Positions 36,987-47,388 are shown, counted from the stretch's first letter. The stretch is DNA of 64,000 nt from an uncultured Actinomycetota bacterium (GCA_963770565.1 CAVYQE010000002.1:736001-800000); one strand, 5' to 3'. Made by a program: numbers and translations. Notes: generated by a model not told the origin, from the letters alone.

Positions 36987-38696
36987 ATGCCTGACGGGCC
37001 ACAGTTGCTCGCCGATCGCTACGAGATCGGCGACGTCATCGGGCACGGCGGGATGGCCGAGGTCCACCGCGGCCGCGACATCCGGCTCGGCCGCGACGTC
37101 GCGATCAAGGTGCTCCGCAAGGACCTGAGCCGCGATCCCGGCCTCGAAGGCAGGTTCCGTCGCGAGGCGCAATCCGCCGCCTCACTCAACTCGCCGTCGA
37201 TCGTCGCCGTCTACGACACCGGCGAGGGCGTGATCGACGGCGTGGCGACGCCGTACATCGTCATGGAGTACGTCGACGGCCAGACCCTGCGGCAGGTGCT
37301 GAGCACTGAGGGCCGGCTCCTGCCCCAGCGGGCGCTCGAGATCACCGCCGCGGTGTGTACCGCGCTCGAGCAGGCGCACGCGGCCGGCATCGTGCATCGC
37401 GACATCAAGCCGGGCAACGTCATGTTGACCGCGACCGGCGAGGTCAAGGTGATGGACTTCGGGATCGCGCGGGCGCTGACCGCCTCGTCGGCCACCATGA
37501 CGCAGACTGCGGCGGTCGTCGGCACTGCGCACTACCTCTCGCCCGAGCAGGCGCGAGGCGAGCATGTCGATGCGCGCAGCGACGTCTACTCGACCGGGTG
37601 CCTGCTCTACGAGCTGCTCACCGGCGCGCCGCCATTCACCGGCGAGACCGCAGTTTCCGTTGCGTACCAGCATGTTCGCGAGGACCCGACGCCACCGTCG
37701 TCGGTCGAGTCCGATGTGCCGCCGGGTGTCGACGCGATCGTGCTTGTTGCGATGGCGAAGAACCCGGTCAACCGGTACGGATCGGCCGCTGAGATGCGAG
37801 CGGACATCGAGCGCGCCCTGGCCGGCCGGCCGGTGCTCGCGACACCGGTCGCCCGCAACGACGAGACGATGATCACCTCGGTCCCGCCGACGACGGTGCT
37901 GATGCGCGATCCGCCGCAACGCAAGCGGGGTTTTGCATACGCACTTCTCGCGATCGCCACCCTCGGGGTCTTTGTCGTCGCGCTGGTCGCGGCCCGAAGC
38001 CTGCTCGCGACCTCGACGGCGGACCTCAACACCCCCAATGTGCTGCATCAGTCGCTCGGGGACGCCGAATCGACCCTGACCGCGCAGGGCCTGGTCGTCG
38101 GCACGATCACCCGCAAGTACACCGGCAAGGACGACGGCGACGAGATTATCGGGCAGAACCCGCCGGCCGGCATCTTCCTGCGCAAGGGCCAGGCCGTCGA
38201 CCTGACCGTCTCGCTCGGCATCCGGATGGTCCCCGTACCGATCGGTCTGCGCGGCTTGACGCTGTCAGATGCAAAGGCGGCCCTGCTCGCGGCGGACCTG
38301 CAGCTCGGCACGATCATTCCGCGCAACTCCAGCGCGCCGGCCAATCAGGTGCTCGGTAGCCGGCCGAAGGCCGGTACGTCGATCGCGGCCGGCTCGACGG
38401 TTGATCTGATCGTTTCGAACTCCCGGATCAAGGTGCCCGACGTGGTCGGCAAGGACGCCGCAACGGCCACCTCGATCCTGCAGGAGTTCGGCTTCAACCC
38501 GGTGCTGCGCCGGTCCGCGGTGTTCACCCCGGGCGAGCTGGGCAAGGTGGTTAGCCAGTCGCCCACCAGCCAGGCCTTCGCCGCCACCGGATCGAACGTG
38601 ATCATCTACATCGACCGCAGGCCGCCGCCGAGCAGCCCGCCGCCGTCAAGCAGTCCCCCGACGTCAAGCAGCCCACCCCCGACCGGCTCGCCCTAA
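36987..38696 (+). CDS. pknB: PASTA Ser/Thr kinase PknB
   Basis: GHGGMAEV, HRDIKPGN, DFGIAR, YLSPEQ; TM; about 3 PASTA repeats. Confidence 0.95.
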   Translation: MPDGPQLLADRYEIGDVIGHGGMAEVHRGRDIRLGRDVAIKVLRKDLSRDPGLEGRFRREAQSAASLNSPSIVAVYDTGEGVIDGVATPYIVMEYVDGQTLRQVLSTEGRLLPQRALEITAAVCTALEQAHAAGIVHRDIKPGNVMLTATGEVKVMDFGIARALTASSATMTQTAAVVGTAHYLSPEQARGEHVDARSDVYSTGCLLYELLTGAPPFTGETAVSVAYQHVREDPTPPSSVESDVPPGVDAIVLVAMAKNPVNRYGSAAEMRADIERALAGRPVLATPVARNDETMITSVPPTTVLMRDPPQRKRGFAYALLAIATLGVFVVALVAARSLLATSTADLNTPNVLHQSLGDAESTLTAQGLVVGTITRKYTGKDDGDEIIGQNPPAGIFLRKGQAVDLTVSLGIRMVPVPIGLRGLTLSDAKAALLAADLQLGTIIPRNSSAPANQVLGSRPKAGTSIAAGSTVDLIVSNSRIKVPDVVGKDAATATSILQEFGFNPVLRRSAVFTPGELGKVVSQSPTSQAFAATGSNVIIYIDRRPPPSSPPPSSSPPTSSSPPPTGSP

Positions 38697-38814
38697 CCGG
38701 TTCGTGAGTCGTTACGAGTAGCGGGGTACTGCGGGTTCACAGGTAGGTGGCGACTCCTGCCAACTGGGGTCTATGGTGCCTCGCATACGGGGAGCCCATG
38801 GGGAGATCACCTTG

Positions 38815-40263
38815 ATGAACACTGGCCCAGCACGCCGCCGTGTCCGCCTCGCGATCGTCGCAACCGCCTCCCTCGCGACCGCGGCCGCACTCGCCGTTCC
38901 GAGCGCGACCGCCGCCGGCGGCGCCAAGTGGACAGTGATCTCCTCCGGCAACATCAACATCACCGTCGAGACGCCCTCAATCGCGAAGTTCGGCTCCACC
39001 TACGAAACAGTCTGGACCGCGAAGGTCGGAGCTAAGTACCAGTTGCAGGCTCGGATCCTCAACGCGGCCGGCAAGCCGCTCGGCAGCGTCATCAACGTGC
39101 TCGCCACGACCTGGACAGAGATCACCGGCGACCCAACGATCTTCGCCCTCGGCTCCACCCGATACATCGCGTTCAACGGCGACGAGAGCGCGACCGGCAC
39201 CTACTCACTCGGCATGGAGGACTACGCCACCAGCACGGACGGTACGCACTGGGCCCTCGGCCCGGGAAGCATGTCGAATACCGAGCTGGCGGCCCAGGCG
39301 GCCGGCGTCGCGGTGATCCCGAACGGCGGTACGCCGATCACCGCGATGGCGCTCGGCAACCCGGGCGTGATCTACCACCTCGGCATCGACCCGAACCACC
39401 GCCCGGCGTCCGCGCCCGATGTTGACGCCGCCCACATGAACTTCACCGACTACACCGGGCTCGGCCGCGACGCCAAGAGCGGCGCGGTGTGGGCGCTGTG
39501 GGCTTCCGGCGACGGCACCCACCACAAAGACGGTGTCTGGGCCCAGCGGATCCTGCCGGGCCCCCAGGGCACCCCGATCCACGCGCCGGGCTCCTACGCG
39601 AGCGGCGGCGCCACGTCGTACGGTCCCGAGCAGGACGTCAGCGCAGCCGCGCGGGCCGGTGGCGGGATCTACACGGCGTACGTCACCTCGGCGAACAAGT
39701 CGGTCGACGTCTGGAAAGTCGGCGCGAAGAGCCCGTTCGCCACGTTCAAGGACGGGCAGGGCCCCTCCGACGTCATCGTCACCCCGGGCCCGGGCGGGCG
39801 GATCTGGGTCTACTGGCGGGACGGCTCGGCCTGGCACGCGGCCCGCAGCAACAAGGCCGCGACCCGTTTCGGCCCGACGTCGTCCATCGGCACGCCAAAG
39901 AACGACTTCTCCAACCTCGAAATCGCCGGGGTCGGGTCGGCTGGGCCGCTCGAGGCGATCGGGCTGCTGACGACGGCGACGAACGTCAACGAGGTCGTCG
40001 AGCACCAGTTCCTGCCGCGGCTCACGATCAAGCTCTCAGCACAGTCGGTCAAGCGGGGTCACTCGTTCACGATCCAGGTCACCGACGCGGGCGACCCGGT
40101 GAAGGGCGCGACCGTGCACTTCGGATCGACCAAGAAGAAGACCAACAGCAAGGGCAAGGTCACCTTCAAGGTCCCGCACAGCACCTCGACCGGGAAACAC
40201 TCGGTCACCCTCACGATGAGTGGCTACGCCGTTGCGAGCACCAAGATCACCGTCACGAGCTGA
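38815..40263 (+). CDS. Secreted hypothetical protein with C-terminal Ig-like domain
   Basis: Signal peptide; C-terminal VTDAGDPVKGATV...TNSKGKVT. Confidence 0.65.
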   Translation: MNTGPARRRVRLAIVATASLATAAALAVPSATAAGGAKWTVISSGNINITVETPSIAKFGSTYETVWTAKVGAKYQLQARILNAAGKPLGSVINVLATTWTEITGDPTIFALGSTRYIAFNGDESATGTYSLGMEDYATSTDGTHWALGPGSMSNTELAAQAAGVAVIPNGGTPITAMALGNPGVIYHLGIDPNHRPASAPDVDAAHMNFTDYTGLGRDAKSGAVWALWASGDGTHHKDGVWAQRILPGPQGTPIHAPGSYASGGATSYGPEQDVSAAARAGGGIYTAYVTSANKSVDVWKVGAKSPFATFKDGQGPSDVIVTPGPGGRIWVYWRDGSAWHAARSNKAATRFGPTSSIGTPKNDFSNLEIAGVGSAGPLEAIGLLTTATNVNEVVEHQFLPRLTIKLSAQSVKRGHSFTIQVTDAGDPVKGATVHFGSTKKKTNSKGKVTFKVPHSTSTGKHSVTLTMSGYAVASTKITVTS

Positions 40264-40275
40264 CCGCGTACCGGC

Positions 40276-40920
40276 TCAGCTGACGTTGCTGCGCTGCCGC
40301 TCGACCCGCTCGGCGAGAGCGGGGACGAGGGCGAGCGCGGACGGGTCACCGCAGATGGCCAGCCAGTTGGCCAGCATCTGGTGCCCGCCCTGGGTCAGCA
40401 CGGACTCGGGGTGGAACTGCACGCCTTCGACCGGGAAGTCGCGGTGGCGCAGGCCCATGATCACGCCACCTGCGGTCCATGCGGTCACCTCGAGCTCGGC
40501 CGGAAGGTCCTCGTCGACTGCGGCGAGCGAGTGGTAGCGGGTCGCGATGAACGGGTTCGGCAGGCCGGCCAGCACGCCGACGCCTTTGTGTTGGACCTCG
40601 CTCGTCTTGCCGTGCAGCAGTTCGGGCGCGTGCGTGACCGAGCCGCCGTAGGCGACCGCGATCGCCTGGTGGCCAAGACACACCCCGAGGATCGGGGTCC
40701 GCTCCCCAATCGCTCGGATCAGCTCGACGCACACGCCGGCGTCCTCGGGCCGTCCCGGCCCCGGCGACAGCAACACCCCGTCGGCCTCGGTCACCAGCGG
40801 GTCGTCGACCGACACCGCGTCGTTGCGCCGGACGTCGACGTCGGCGCCGAGCTGCGCGAGATAGTGCACCAGGTTGAACACGAAGCTGTCGTAGTTGTCC
40901 ACGACCAGCACCCTCGTCAC
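40276..40920 (-). CDS. trpG: Anthranilate/aminodeoxychorismate synthase component II (glutamine amidotransferase)
   Basis: VDNYDSFVFNL, SPGPG, GVCLGHQ, GVQFHPES. Confidence 0.92.
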   Translation of the reverse strand: MTRVLVVDNYDSFVFNLVHYLAQLGADVDVRRNDAVSVDDPLVTEADGVLLSPGPGRPEDAGVCVELIRAIGERTPILGVCLGHQAIAVAYGGSVTHAPELLHGKTSEVQHKGVGVLAGLPNPFIATRYHSLAAVDEDLPAELEVTAWTAGGVIMGLRHRDFPVEGVQFHPESVLTQGGHQMLANWLAICGDPSALALVPALAERVERQRSNVS

Positions 40921-42644
40921 GTCGCCTCACCCTTCTCGAGCTCCTCGGCGAGCAACATCCGCCGCAGCGCCTTTCCCACCACGGTATGCGGCAGCTCCGA
41001 CCGGAACTCGACCCGCTTCGGCACCTTGTACGCCGTCAGCGCCGCCGAGCAGTGCGCCAGAACCTCATCCTCGGTCACCGTGCCCGGGGGCGCCACCACA
41101 TAAGCCTTCACGGTCTCCCCGCGGTAGCGGTCGGGCACCCCGATCACGCAGCAGTCGGTGACCCCGGGGATGGCGAGGATCACCTGCTCGACCTCGGCCG
41201 GGTAGATGTTGAACCCGCCCGCGATGATCAGGTCCTTCTTGCGGTCGACGATGGTGAACCAGCCGGCGTCGTCCATGTAGCCGAGGTCACCGGTGAGCAG
41301 CCAGCCGTCCGCAGTGAGGACGTCCGGCTCGCCGGTGTCGCCCCAGTAACCGAGGAATACCTGCGGACCCTTGACCGCCAGCTCGCCGGTTTCCCCGACC
41401 GGCATCAGCCGGCCCGGGTCCTCGGGGTCCACGATCCGGGCCAGCGTGCCGGTCAGCGGCAGCCCGACCGACCCGGGCTTGCGCGGCCCGACCAGCGGGG
41501 CACAGTGCGTCGCGGGCGACGCCTCGGTCATGCCGTAGCCCTCGACCAGGCGGCCTCCGGTCACCCGCTCGAACCGGTCCTGGGTGTCGTGCGAGAGCTT
41601 CATCGCGCCCGACACGCAGACCCGGATCGACTTCAGCTCGTGCCGGCGGATCCGCGGCGAGTCGACCAGCGCCTGGTAGATCGGCGGCACCCCGGGGAAG
41701 AGAGTCGGCCGCTCCTCGTCGATCACGGCGAACACCGCATCGAGGTCAAACCTCGGGACCAGGACGAGCCGGCCGGCGAGCAGGACGGTGGTCAGCATGC
41801 ACAGCGTCAGGCCGTACACGTGGAACAGCGGCAGCACGGCGAGGGTCACCTCACGCCCCGGCATCGCATCCGGCATCCACAGCCGCATCTGGTAGCTGTT
41901 CGCGACCAGGTTCGCGTGCGACAGCATCGCCGCCTTGGGCTCCCCCGTGGTCCCGCCGGTGTATTGCAGGACGGCGACGTCCCCGGCCGGGTCGATCGGT
42001 GCCTGGGGTGCGGGCCGGCCCGCGCGAATCAAGGTCCGGAACCGGACCACCGCCGGGTCGTCGGGCACCTCGGCGACCAAGCGCGCCTTGCGCGCCCGGA
42101 TGCTCGGCAGCGGCACGTGCAACCGGCCCCGGGCCGACGGCGACAGGGAGTCGACCAACGAGGTCACCACGACGGTCCGCAACGAGGTCTCGCGGCGTAC
42201 TCCCAAGACGGTCGAGGCCACCCGATCCAGGCAGACCACGGCGATCGCGCCCGAGTCGCTCAGCTGGGCCCGCAGCTCGTCCGCGCTGGCGACCGGGTTG
42301 CACGGTACGACGGTGCCGCCGAGCCGGAGCACGGCGAAGAACGCGATGATGTACTGCGGGCAGTTCGGCAGCACGATGGCCACCCGCTCGCCGGGTCCGA
42401 CGCCGAGGCCGGCCAGCCCGCCGGCAAGCCGGTCGACGGCGTCGCGCAGCGCCCGGTAGGTCATCCGGCTGCCGACCGAGGCAACGGCGAACGTCGAGAT
42501 CGCCACCGTCCCCGGGAAGGCTTGCGCGGCATCGTCGAGCAGCCGGGTCAGGGGCACCTGCGGGAAGTCGTGGTCGGCCGGCACGTCCGGCGGGTAGGCC
42601 GCGAGCCAGGGGCGATCGTCGTACCCGGCCACGGTCGTGATCAT
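40917..42644 (-). CDS. Long-chain fatty acid--CoA ligase (FadD-like)
   Basis: YTGGTTGEPK, EGYGMTE, TGDLG, DRKKDLI. Confidence 0.9.
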   Translation of the reverse strand: MITTVAGYDDRPWLAAYPPDVPADHDFPQVPLTRLLDDAAQAFPGTVAISTFAVASVGSRMTYRALRDAVDRLAGGLAGLGVGPGERVAIVLPNCPQYIIAFFAVLRLGGTVVPCNPVASADELRAQLSDSGAIAVVCLDRVASTVLGVRRETSLRTVVVTSLVDSLSPSARGRLHVPLPSIRARKARLVAEVPDDPAVVRFRTLIRAGRPAPQAPIDPAGDVAVLQYTGGTTGEPKAAMLSHANLVANSYQMRLWMPDAMPGREVTLAVLPLFHVYGLTLCMLTTVLLAGRLVLVPRFDLDAVFAVIDEERPTLFPGVPPIYQALVDSPRIRRHELKSIRVCVSGAMKLSHDTQDRFERVTGGRLVEGYGMTEASPATHCAPLVGPRKPGSVGLPLTGTLARIVDPEDPGRLMPVGETGELAVKGPQVFLGYWGDTGEPDVLTADGWLLTGDLGYMDDAGWFTIVDRKKDLIIAGGFNIYPAEVEQVILAIPGVTDCCVIGVPDRYRGETVKAYVVAPPGTVTEDEVLAHCSAALTAYKVPKRVEFRSELPHTVVGKALRRMLLAEELEKGEAT

Positions 42645-42755
42645 GCCATGCTGTCGGACGGAGCAGGCGCGTCCGCCGGCCGGGACGCCCGGTTGAGCCC
42701 GTGACCGCGGCGGCTTGTCTACCCTGAGGAGACCACGCCGTCGAGAGGAGGGTTC

Positions 42756-43004
42756 GTGCCCAAGTCACGAGTTCGCGCGAAGGCGGCCTACACCCCGCCG
42801 CCGACCAGATCGGCCAAGAAGCGGATCAGCCCGCCATGGGTCGCCCCGCTGATGCTGGGTTGCTTCCTGATCGGGATCATCTGGCTCGTTCTGTTCTACG
42901 TGACCGGGGGAAGCCTCCCGATCAAGTCGATCACCAACTGGAACCTGCTGGTGGGGTTCGCCTTCATCATCGCCGGCTTCGTCACCTCGACCCAGTGGCG
43001 CTAG
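42756..43004 (+). CDS. crgA: Cell division protein CrgA
   Basis: MPKSRVR...SPPW..PLM; two TMs; WN..GF...W end. Confidence 0.92.
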   Translation: MPKSRVRAKAAYTPPPTRSAKKRISPPWVAPLMLGCFLIGIIWLVLFYVTGGSLPIKSITNWNLLVGFAFIIAGFVTSTQWR

Positions 43005-43046
43005 TCGCGCTGCCTCACGACATCCGCGTAGTCACACCGCTGTCAT

Positions 43047-43078
43047 TTGCCCACAGCGGTTATCCACACTGGGGATAG
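43047..43078. promoter_or_regulatory. DnaA-box cluster
   Basis: TTGCCCACA 43047, perfect TTATCCACA 43060, reverse CTATCCCCA 43070-43078. Confidence 0.6.
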
Positions 43079-43088
43079 AGGCTCCGCC

Positions 43089-43331
43089 GTGCCGGTCTAC
43101 CTGTTCAGGTGCACGTCCTGCGAGGCCGAAAGCGAGCATCTGCTCCCGCTCGGCGAGACCGGCGACCGGCCCTGTGAGCACTGTGGAGCGCCGGCCAAGC
43201 ACCGATTTGCCCGGATCGCGGTGAAATACAACGACTGGGGCTTCGGCGCGACCGACCGGCTGGTCGCCGACAGCCGCGGCAAGGACTTCAAGCAGCTGCG
43301 CGAGACCGCGGAGAAGATCTCCGACGAGTAG
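43089..43331 (+). CDS. FmdB-family zinc-ribbon protein
   Basis: P.Y.FRC..C...C..CG. Confidence 0.8.
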   Translation: MPVYLFRCTSCEAESEHLLPLGETGDRPCEHCGAPAKHRFARIAVKYNDWGFGATDRLVADSRGKDFKQLRETAEKISDE

Positions 43332-43384
43332 GTGGGCCTGATCCTGATCGCGGGCGCGACGGGCGGCCCGGATACGGTCGCCGA

Positions 43385-44422
43385 GTGGCACGGGCGCTCA
43401 TTCTCGGCGGCACCGGCGCGATTGGCCGGGCCACCGCCGATCGCCTGAATGCCGCCGGCTGGGACGTCACAATCACCGGGCGCAACCCTTCGGCCATGCC
43501 GGGCTCGCTCGCTGCCCGCGGGGTCGGCTTCGTTCAGTCCGACCGGCAGGAGCCCGCCGGGCTGCTCGCTCCGCTGGGCCCGGCCCCCGACCTCCTGGTC
43601 GACCTGGTCTGCTACACCGCCGCCGACGCGGAGGCGATCCTCCCGTTCGCCCGAGCCGCAGGCTCGACCGTCCTGATGTCAAGCAAGGCGGTGTACGTCG
43701 ACAACGCGGGCAGGTCGCTCAACGCCGACGTCGAGCCGGTCTTCGACGGCCCGATCAGCGAGGCCCAGCCGACCCTCGCTGCGCGCAGCGACATCCACTA
43801 CGACACCCGCGAGGGGTACGGACCCAACAAGGTCGCGGCCGAGCAGGCCTACCTCGGCAGCGGCATCCCGGTCACCGTGCTGAGGCCGTCAAAGGTGCAC
43901 GGCCCGGGGGCGCGGCGGGCGCGGGAGTGGATGTTCGTCAAGCGGGTGCTCGACCGCCGGCCGGCGGTCTTCCTCAGCAACCGCGGAACCGGGATCGACC
44001 ACACCAGCGCGGCCGCCAACATCGCCGCCCTGATCGAGCTGGTGGCCGCGGTGCCTGCGGCACGGATCCTCAACAGCGCCGACCCCGACGCCCCGACCGC
44101 GCTGGAGATCACCCGCGCGATCGCGGGCCATCTGGGGCACGCCTGGGAGGAGATTCTGGTCGACGGCGACGCGTTCGGCGCCAACCCCTGGCAGCGCGAC
44201 CATCCGATCGTCCTGGACATGCAGGCGGCACTGGCGCTCGGTTACGCGCCGGCCGGCGACTACGCGACCACAGTGGCCACCGAGGTGGACTGGCTGGTCA
44301 GCGCGGCGAACGGTGGTGCGGACGCGGACCTGGTGCCGACGATGGCTGATCCGTTCTTCGGCGAGCTGCTGTCGTACGACGCCGAAGACGCCTACCTGGC
44401 CGCTCGCGCCAAGGGCGCCTGA
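43385..44422 (+). CDS. NAD-dependent epimerase/dehydratase (extended SDR)
   Basis: ILGGTGAIG; YGPNKVAAE; LRPSKVHG. Confidence 0.85.
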   Translation: MARALILGGTGAIGRATADRLNAAGWDVTITGRNPSAMPGSLAARGVGFVQSDRQEPAGLLAPLGPAPDLLVDLVCYTAADAEAILPFARAAGSTVLMSSKAVYVDNAGRSLNADVEPVFDGPISEAQPTLAARSDIHYDTREGYGPNKVAAEQAYLGSGIPVTVLRPSKVHGPGARRAREWMFVKRVLDRRPAVFLSNRGTGIDHTSAAANIAALIELVAAVPAARILNSADPDAPTALEITRAIAGHLGHAWEEILVDGDAFGANPWQRDHPIVLDMQAALALGYAPAGDYATTVATEVDWLVSAANGGADADLVPTMADPFFGELLSYDAEDAYLAARAKGA

Positions 44423-44423
44423 G

Positions 44424-45566
44424 TCAGAGCAGCTCGAGGATGGTCGCGTTCGCCATCCCGCCGCCCTCACACATCGACTGCAGGCCGTACTGAATGCCGT
44501 TGTCGACCATGTGGTGCACCAGTCGAGTCATCAGGATTGCGCCGGAGCCGCCCAGCGGGTGACCGATCGCGATCGCGCCGCCAAGCGGGTTGAGCGCCTT
44601 CGGGTCGGCGCCGGTCTCGGCGAGCCAGGCCATCGGCACCGGAGCGAACGCCTCGTTGATCTCGTATGCGCCGATGTCGGCGATTGTCAGCCCGGCCCGG
44701 GCGAGCACCTTTGCGGTGGCTGGGATCGGGCCGGTGAGCATGATCACCGGGTCGTCACCGACGACCGAGAAGCTGTGCAGCCGGACCAGCGGCTTGAGGC
44801 CGAGCTTGCGGGCCTTCTCGCTGGTCGTGATCAGCAGCGCGCCCGAGCCGTCGGAGATCTGCGAGGAGTTGCCGGCGGTGATGACGCCGTCCTCGGCGAA
44901 CGCCGGCTTGAGCCCACCGAGCCTCTCGAGGCTGGTGTCGCGCCGCACGCCCTCGTCGGCCTCGAGCCCGGTGCCGGGTACGACGGCGTACTGCTTGGCG
45001 AAGGCGCCCGAGTCGATCGCGGCCGCGGCCTTCTCGTGCGACCGAAGCGAGAACTCGTCGACCTGGCTTCGTGAAAGGCCCCACCGCTTGACGATCATCT
45101 CGGCGCCGAGCCCCTGGTTGATCTGCTGCCCCTCGTAGCGGGCCAGCATCCGCGGGCCGAACGGGAAGCCGACGTCCTTGCCGACCGAGGAGCCCATCGG
45201 CACCCGGGTCATCGCCTCGACGCCGCCCGCGACGGCCACGTCGTACTGGCCGGAGATCACCCCGGCCGCCGCGAAGTGCACCGCCTGCTGGCTCGAGCCG
45301 CACTGGCGGTCGACCGTGGTGCCGGGCACCGACTCGGGCCAACCCGCGCCGAGGACGGCGTTGCGACCGACGTTGAAGGCCTGCTCGCCGACCTGGCCGA
45401 CGGTGCCCCAGATCACGTCGTCGACGACCGCCGGGTCGATGCCGGAGCGCTCCGCGAGCGCCTCCAGCACGTGTGCCGACAGGTCGACCGGGTGGGTGTC
45501 CTTGTAGGCGCCGTTCCGCCGCCCCACCGGGGTCCGAACCGCTTCGACGATCACCGCATCACGCAT
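44424..45566 (-). CDS. Thiolase (acetyl-CoA acyltransferase)
   Basis: RQCGSS, NEAFA, GHPLG, CEGGG. Confidence 0.93.
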   Translation of the reverse strand: MRDAVIVEAVRTPVGRRNGAYKDTHPVDLSAHVLEALAERSGIDPAVVDDVIWGTVGQVGEQAFNVGRNAVLGAGWPESVPGTTVDRQCGSSQQAVHFAAAGVISGQYDVAVAGGVEAMTRVPMGSSVGKDVGFPFGPRMLARYEGQQINQGLGAEMIVKRWGLSRSQVDEFSLRSHEKAAAAIDSGAFAKQYAVVPGTGLEADEGVRRDTSLERLGGLKPAFAEDGVITAGNSSQISDGSGALLITTSEKARKLGLKPLVRLHSFSVVGDDPVIMLTGPIPATAKVLARAGLTIADIGAYEINEAFAPVPMAWLAETGADPKALNPLGGAIAIGHPLGGSGAILMTRLVHHMVDNGIQYGLQSMCEGGGMANATILELL

Positions 45567-45656
45567 GGATCCACCCTCCGGTTGTCCGCGCCAAGACTCG
45601 ACTGTGAGTATGAACCGAATCTCGTTCTGTCGTGTTCCCGCCCCAGGCGGAACCGG

Positions 45657-46610
45657 CTACGTGCCGGTCGAGGGTGCCGGGAAGCTACACGTGGCGGGTA
45701 CGCCGTGCACGGTGGTCAGGATCGGGCACTTGTCGTAGGTGTGATGCGCCCCGATGAAGCCGCCGGCGGCGAGCAGGATCGCGACCCCGGCCACGCCCAT
45801 GGCCTGGATCTGCGAACGCCGGGGGCCCTGTGGCGCACGCGAGATGATCAGCGCGACCACCGACCCGGTGACCAGTCCGCCCACGTGCGCCCGCCAGTCG
45901 ATGTTCGGGATTGCGAACGTGAACACCAGATTCGCGACGATCGTGATCGCGATCCCGTTGGTTTGCAGGTTCAGGTGCCGCGCCACGATGTAGAGCGCCC
46001 CGAACAAGCCGAAGATCGCGCCGGAAGCACCTGCGGCCTGCTCGTTGAGCGGCCCGAGCGCCATCGACAGCAGGCCCCCACCGATACCGGCGAGCACGTA
46101 CAGCGTGACGAAGCGCAGCCGGCCGAGCACCATTTCCAGCTGCGGCCCGACCAGGAACAGCGCGTACATGTTGAAGGCGATGTGCAGGAAGCCGTAGTGC
46201 AGAAAGGCTGCGGTGATCAGCCGGTACCACTGGCCGTGGGCAACATCGATCGGAATCAGGGCGAACCGGTCGTAGACCGTCGAGCTGCCCGTGCTGCCGG
46301 TGAAGACATTGGCGCCGCTGCTCGCGGTGATGATGAAGACGATCACGTTGATCGCGATCAACGTCCGGGTGACCAGGCCCGGCGCGGTTCCCGGCCGGAC
46401 CTTGCCGCCGTAAATCGTGCGGGCCTCCCGGACCGTACGACGGCCCTCGGAGACGCATTCCGGGCACTGGAAGCCGACCGAGGCCGCCGTCATGCAGCGC
46501 GGGCAGATCGGACGGTCGCAGCGGGTGCACCGCACCCCGGCGAACTCGCCGGGATGGCGATAGCAGTGCTGGTCGACATCCGTCGCCGGATCGTCGCTTT
46601 GCGACGTCAC
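45657..46610 (-). CDS. Rhomboid protease with N-terminal B-box-like zinc motif
   Basis: CYRHP..C..C..PIC..C; H..FNM, GASG, AHVGG. Confidence 0.92.
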   Translation of the reverse strand: MTSQSDDPATDVDQHCYRHPGEFAGVRCTRCDRPICPRCMTAASVGFQCPECVSEGRRTVREARTIYGGKVRPGTAPGLVTRTLIAINVIVFIITASSGANVFTGSTGSSTVYDRFALIPIDVAHGQWYRLITAAFLHYGFLHIAFNMYALFLVGPQLEMVLGRLRFVTLYVLAGIGGGLLSMALGPLNEQAAGASGAIFGLFGALYIVARHLNLQTNGIAITIVANLVFTFAIPNIDWRAHVGGLVTGSVVALIISRAPQGPRRSQIQAMGVAGVAILLAAGGFIGAHHTYDKCPILTTVHGVPATCSFPAPSTGT

Positions 46611-46611
46611 G

Positions 46612-47142
46612 TCAGCTGTTCAGCCGTTCGATGGTGACCTTCGTGATGACGACATCGTTCAGCGGTCGATCCATCTTGCCGGTCGGCAGCGCGGCGATCC
46701 GGTCGACGACCGCGCGGCTCTCGTCATCGGCAACCTCGCCGAAGATCGTGTGCTTGCGGTCCAGCCAGGTGGTCGGGGCGACCGTGATGAAGAACTGCGA
46801 GCCGTTGGTGCCGGGCCCGGCGTTGGCCATCGCGAGCAGATAGGGCTTGTTGAAGCTGAGCTCCGGGTGGAACTCGTCGTTGAATCGGTATCCCGGGCCG
46901 CCGGTGCCGGTGCCTAGTGGATCGCCGCCCTGGAGCATGAACCCGCTGATCACCCGGTGGAAGATCGTCCCGTCGTACAGCGGGGAGGCCGCTCGGGTGC
47001 CGGTCCGCGGATCGGTCCATTCCCGGGTGCCCTCGGCCAACTCGACGAAGTTGGCCACCGTCTTCGGCGCGTGGTTCGGGAACAGGTGCACCCGGATATC
47101 GCCCTCGGTCGTGGTCAAAGTGGCAAACAGTTCTTCGGCCAC
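46612..47142 (-). CDS. ppiA: Cyclophilin peptidyl-prolyl isomerase
   Basis: FHRVI.GFMLQGGD, MANAGP.TNGSQFFIT, HTIFG. Confidence 0.95.
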   Translation of the reverse strand: MAEELFATLTTTEGDIRVHLFPNHAPKTVANFVELAEGTREWTDPRTGTRAASPLYDGTIFHRVISGFMLQGGDPLGTGTGGPGYRFNDEFHPELSFNKPYLLAMANAGPGTNGSQFFITVAPTTWLDRKHTIFGEVADDESRAVVDRIAALPTGKMDRPLNDVVITKVTIERLNS

Positions 47143-47340
47143 GGTGCTCCTTTGGTTGCTGAGGCGGTGGTGAACCACCTTGATCGATGGTTCAAACATT
47201 TTTGCACGGCCTCGCGTGCGCACGAGGAAACAACCAACATTGGATTACTGCACGGCGGCGCGCTCAGGTCGCTTGCCGACACACCTGCGCGGCCAACCTA
47301 CGGCACCCTGATCTAGGCCGCTGACCGGCAACTTCGGTTT

Positions 47341-47388
47341 GTGGAGACGAGGGGAATCGAACCCCTAACCTCCGCCTTGCAAAGGCGG
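47341..47388. repeat. att core duplicate of the tRNA-Ala 3' half
   Basis: GTGGAGACGAGGGGAATCGAACCCCTAACCTCCGCCTTGCAAAGGCGG, identical to the tRNA copy. Confidence 0.92.

Noticed and set aside
40986-42704. 572-aa plus-strand ORF
   Set aside because: Antisense shadow of the acyl-CoA ligase
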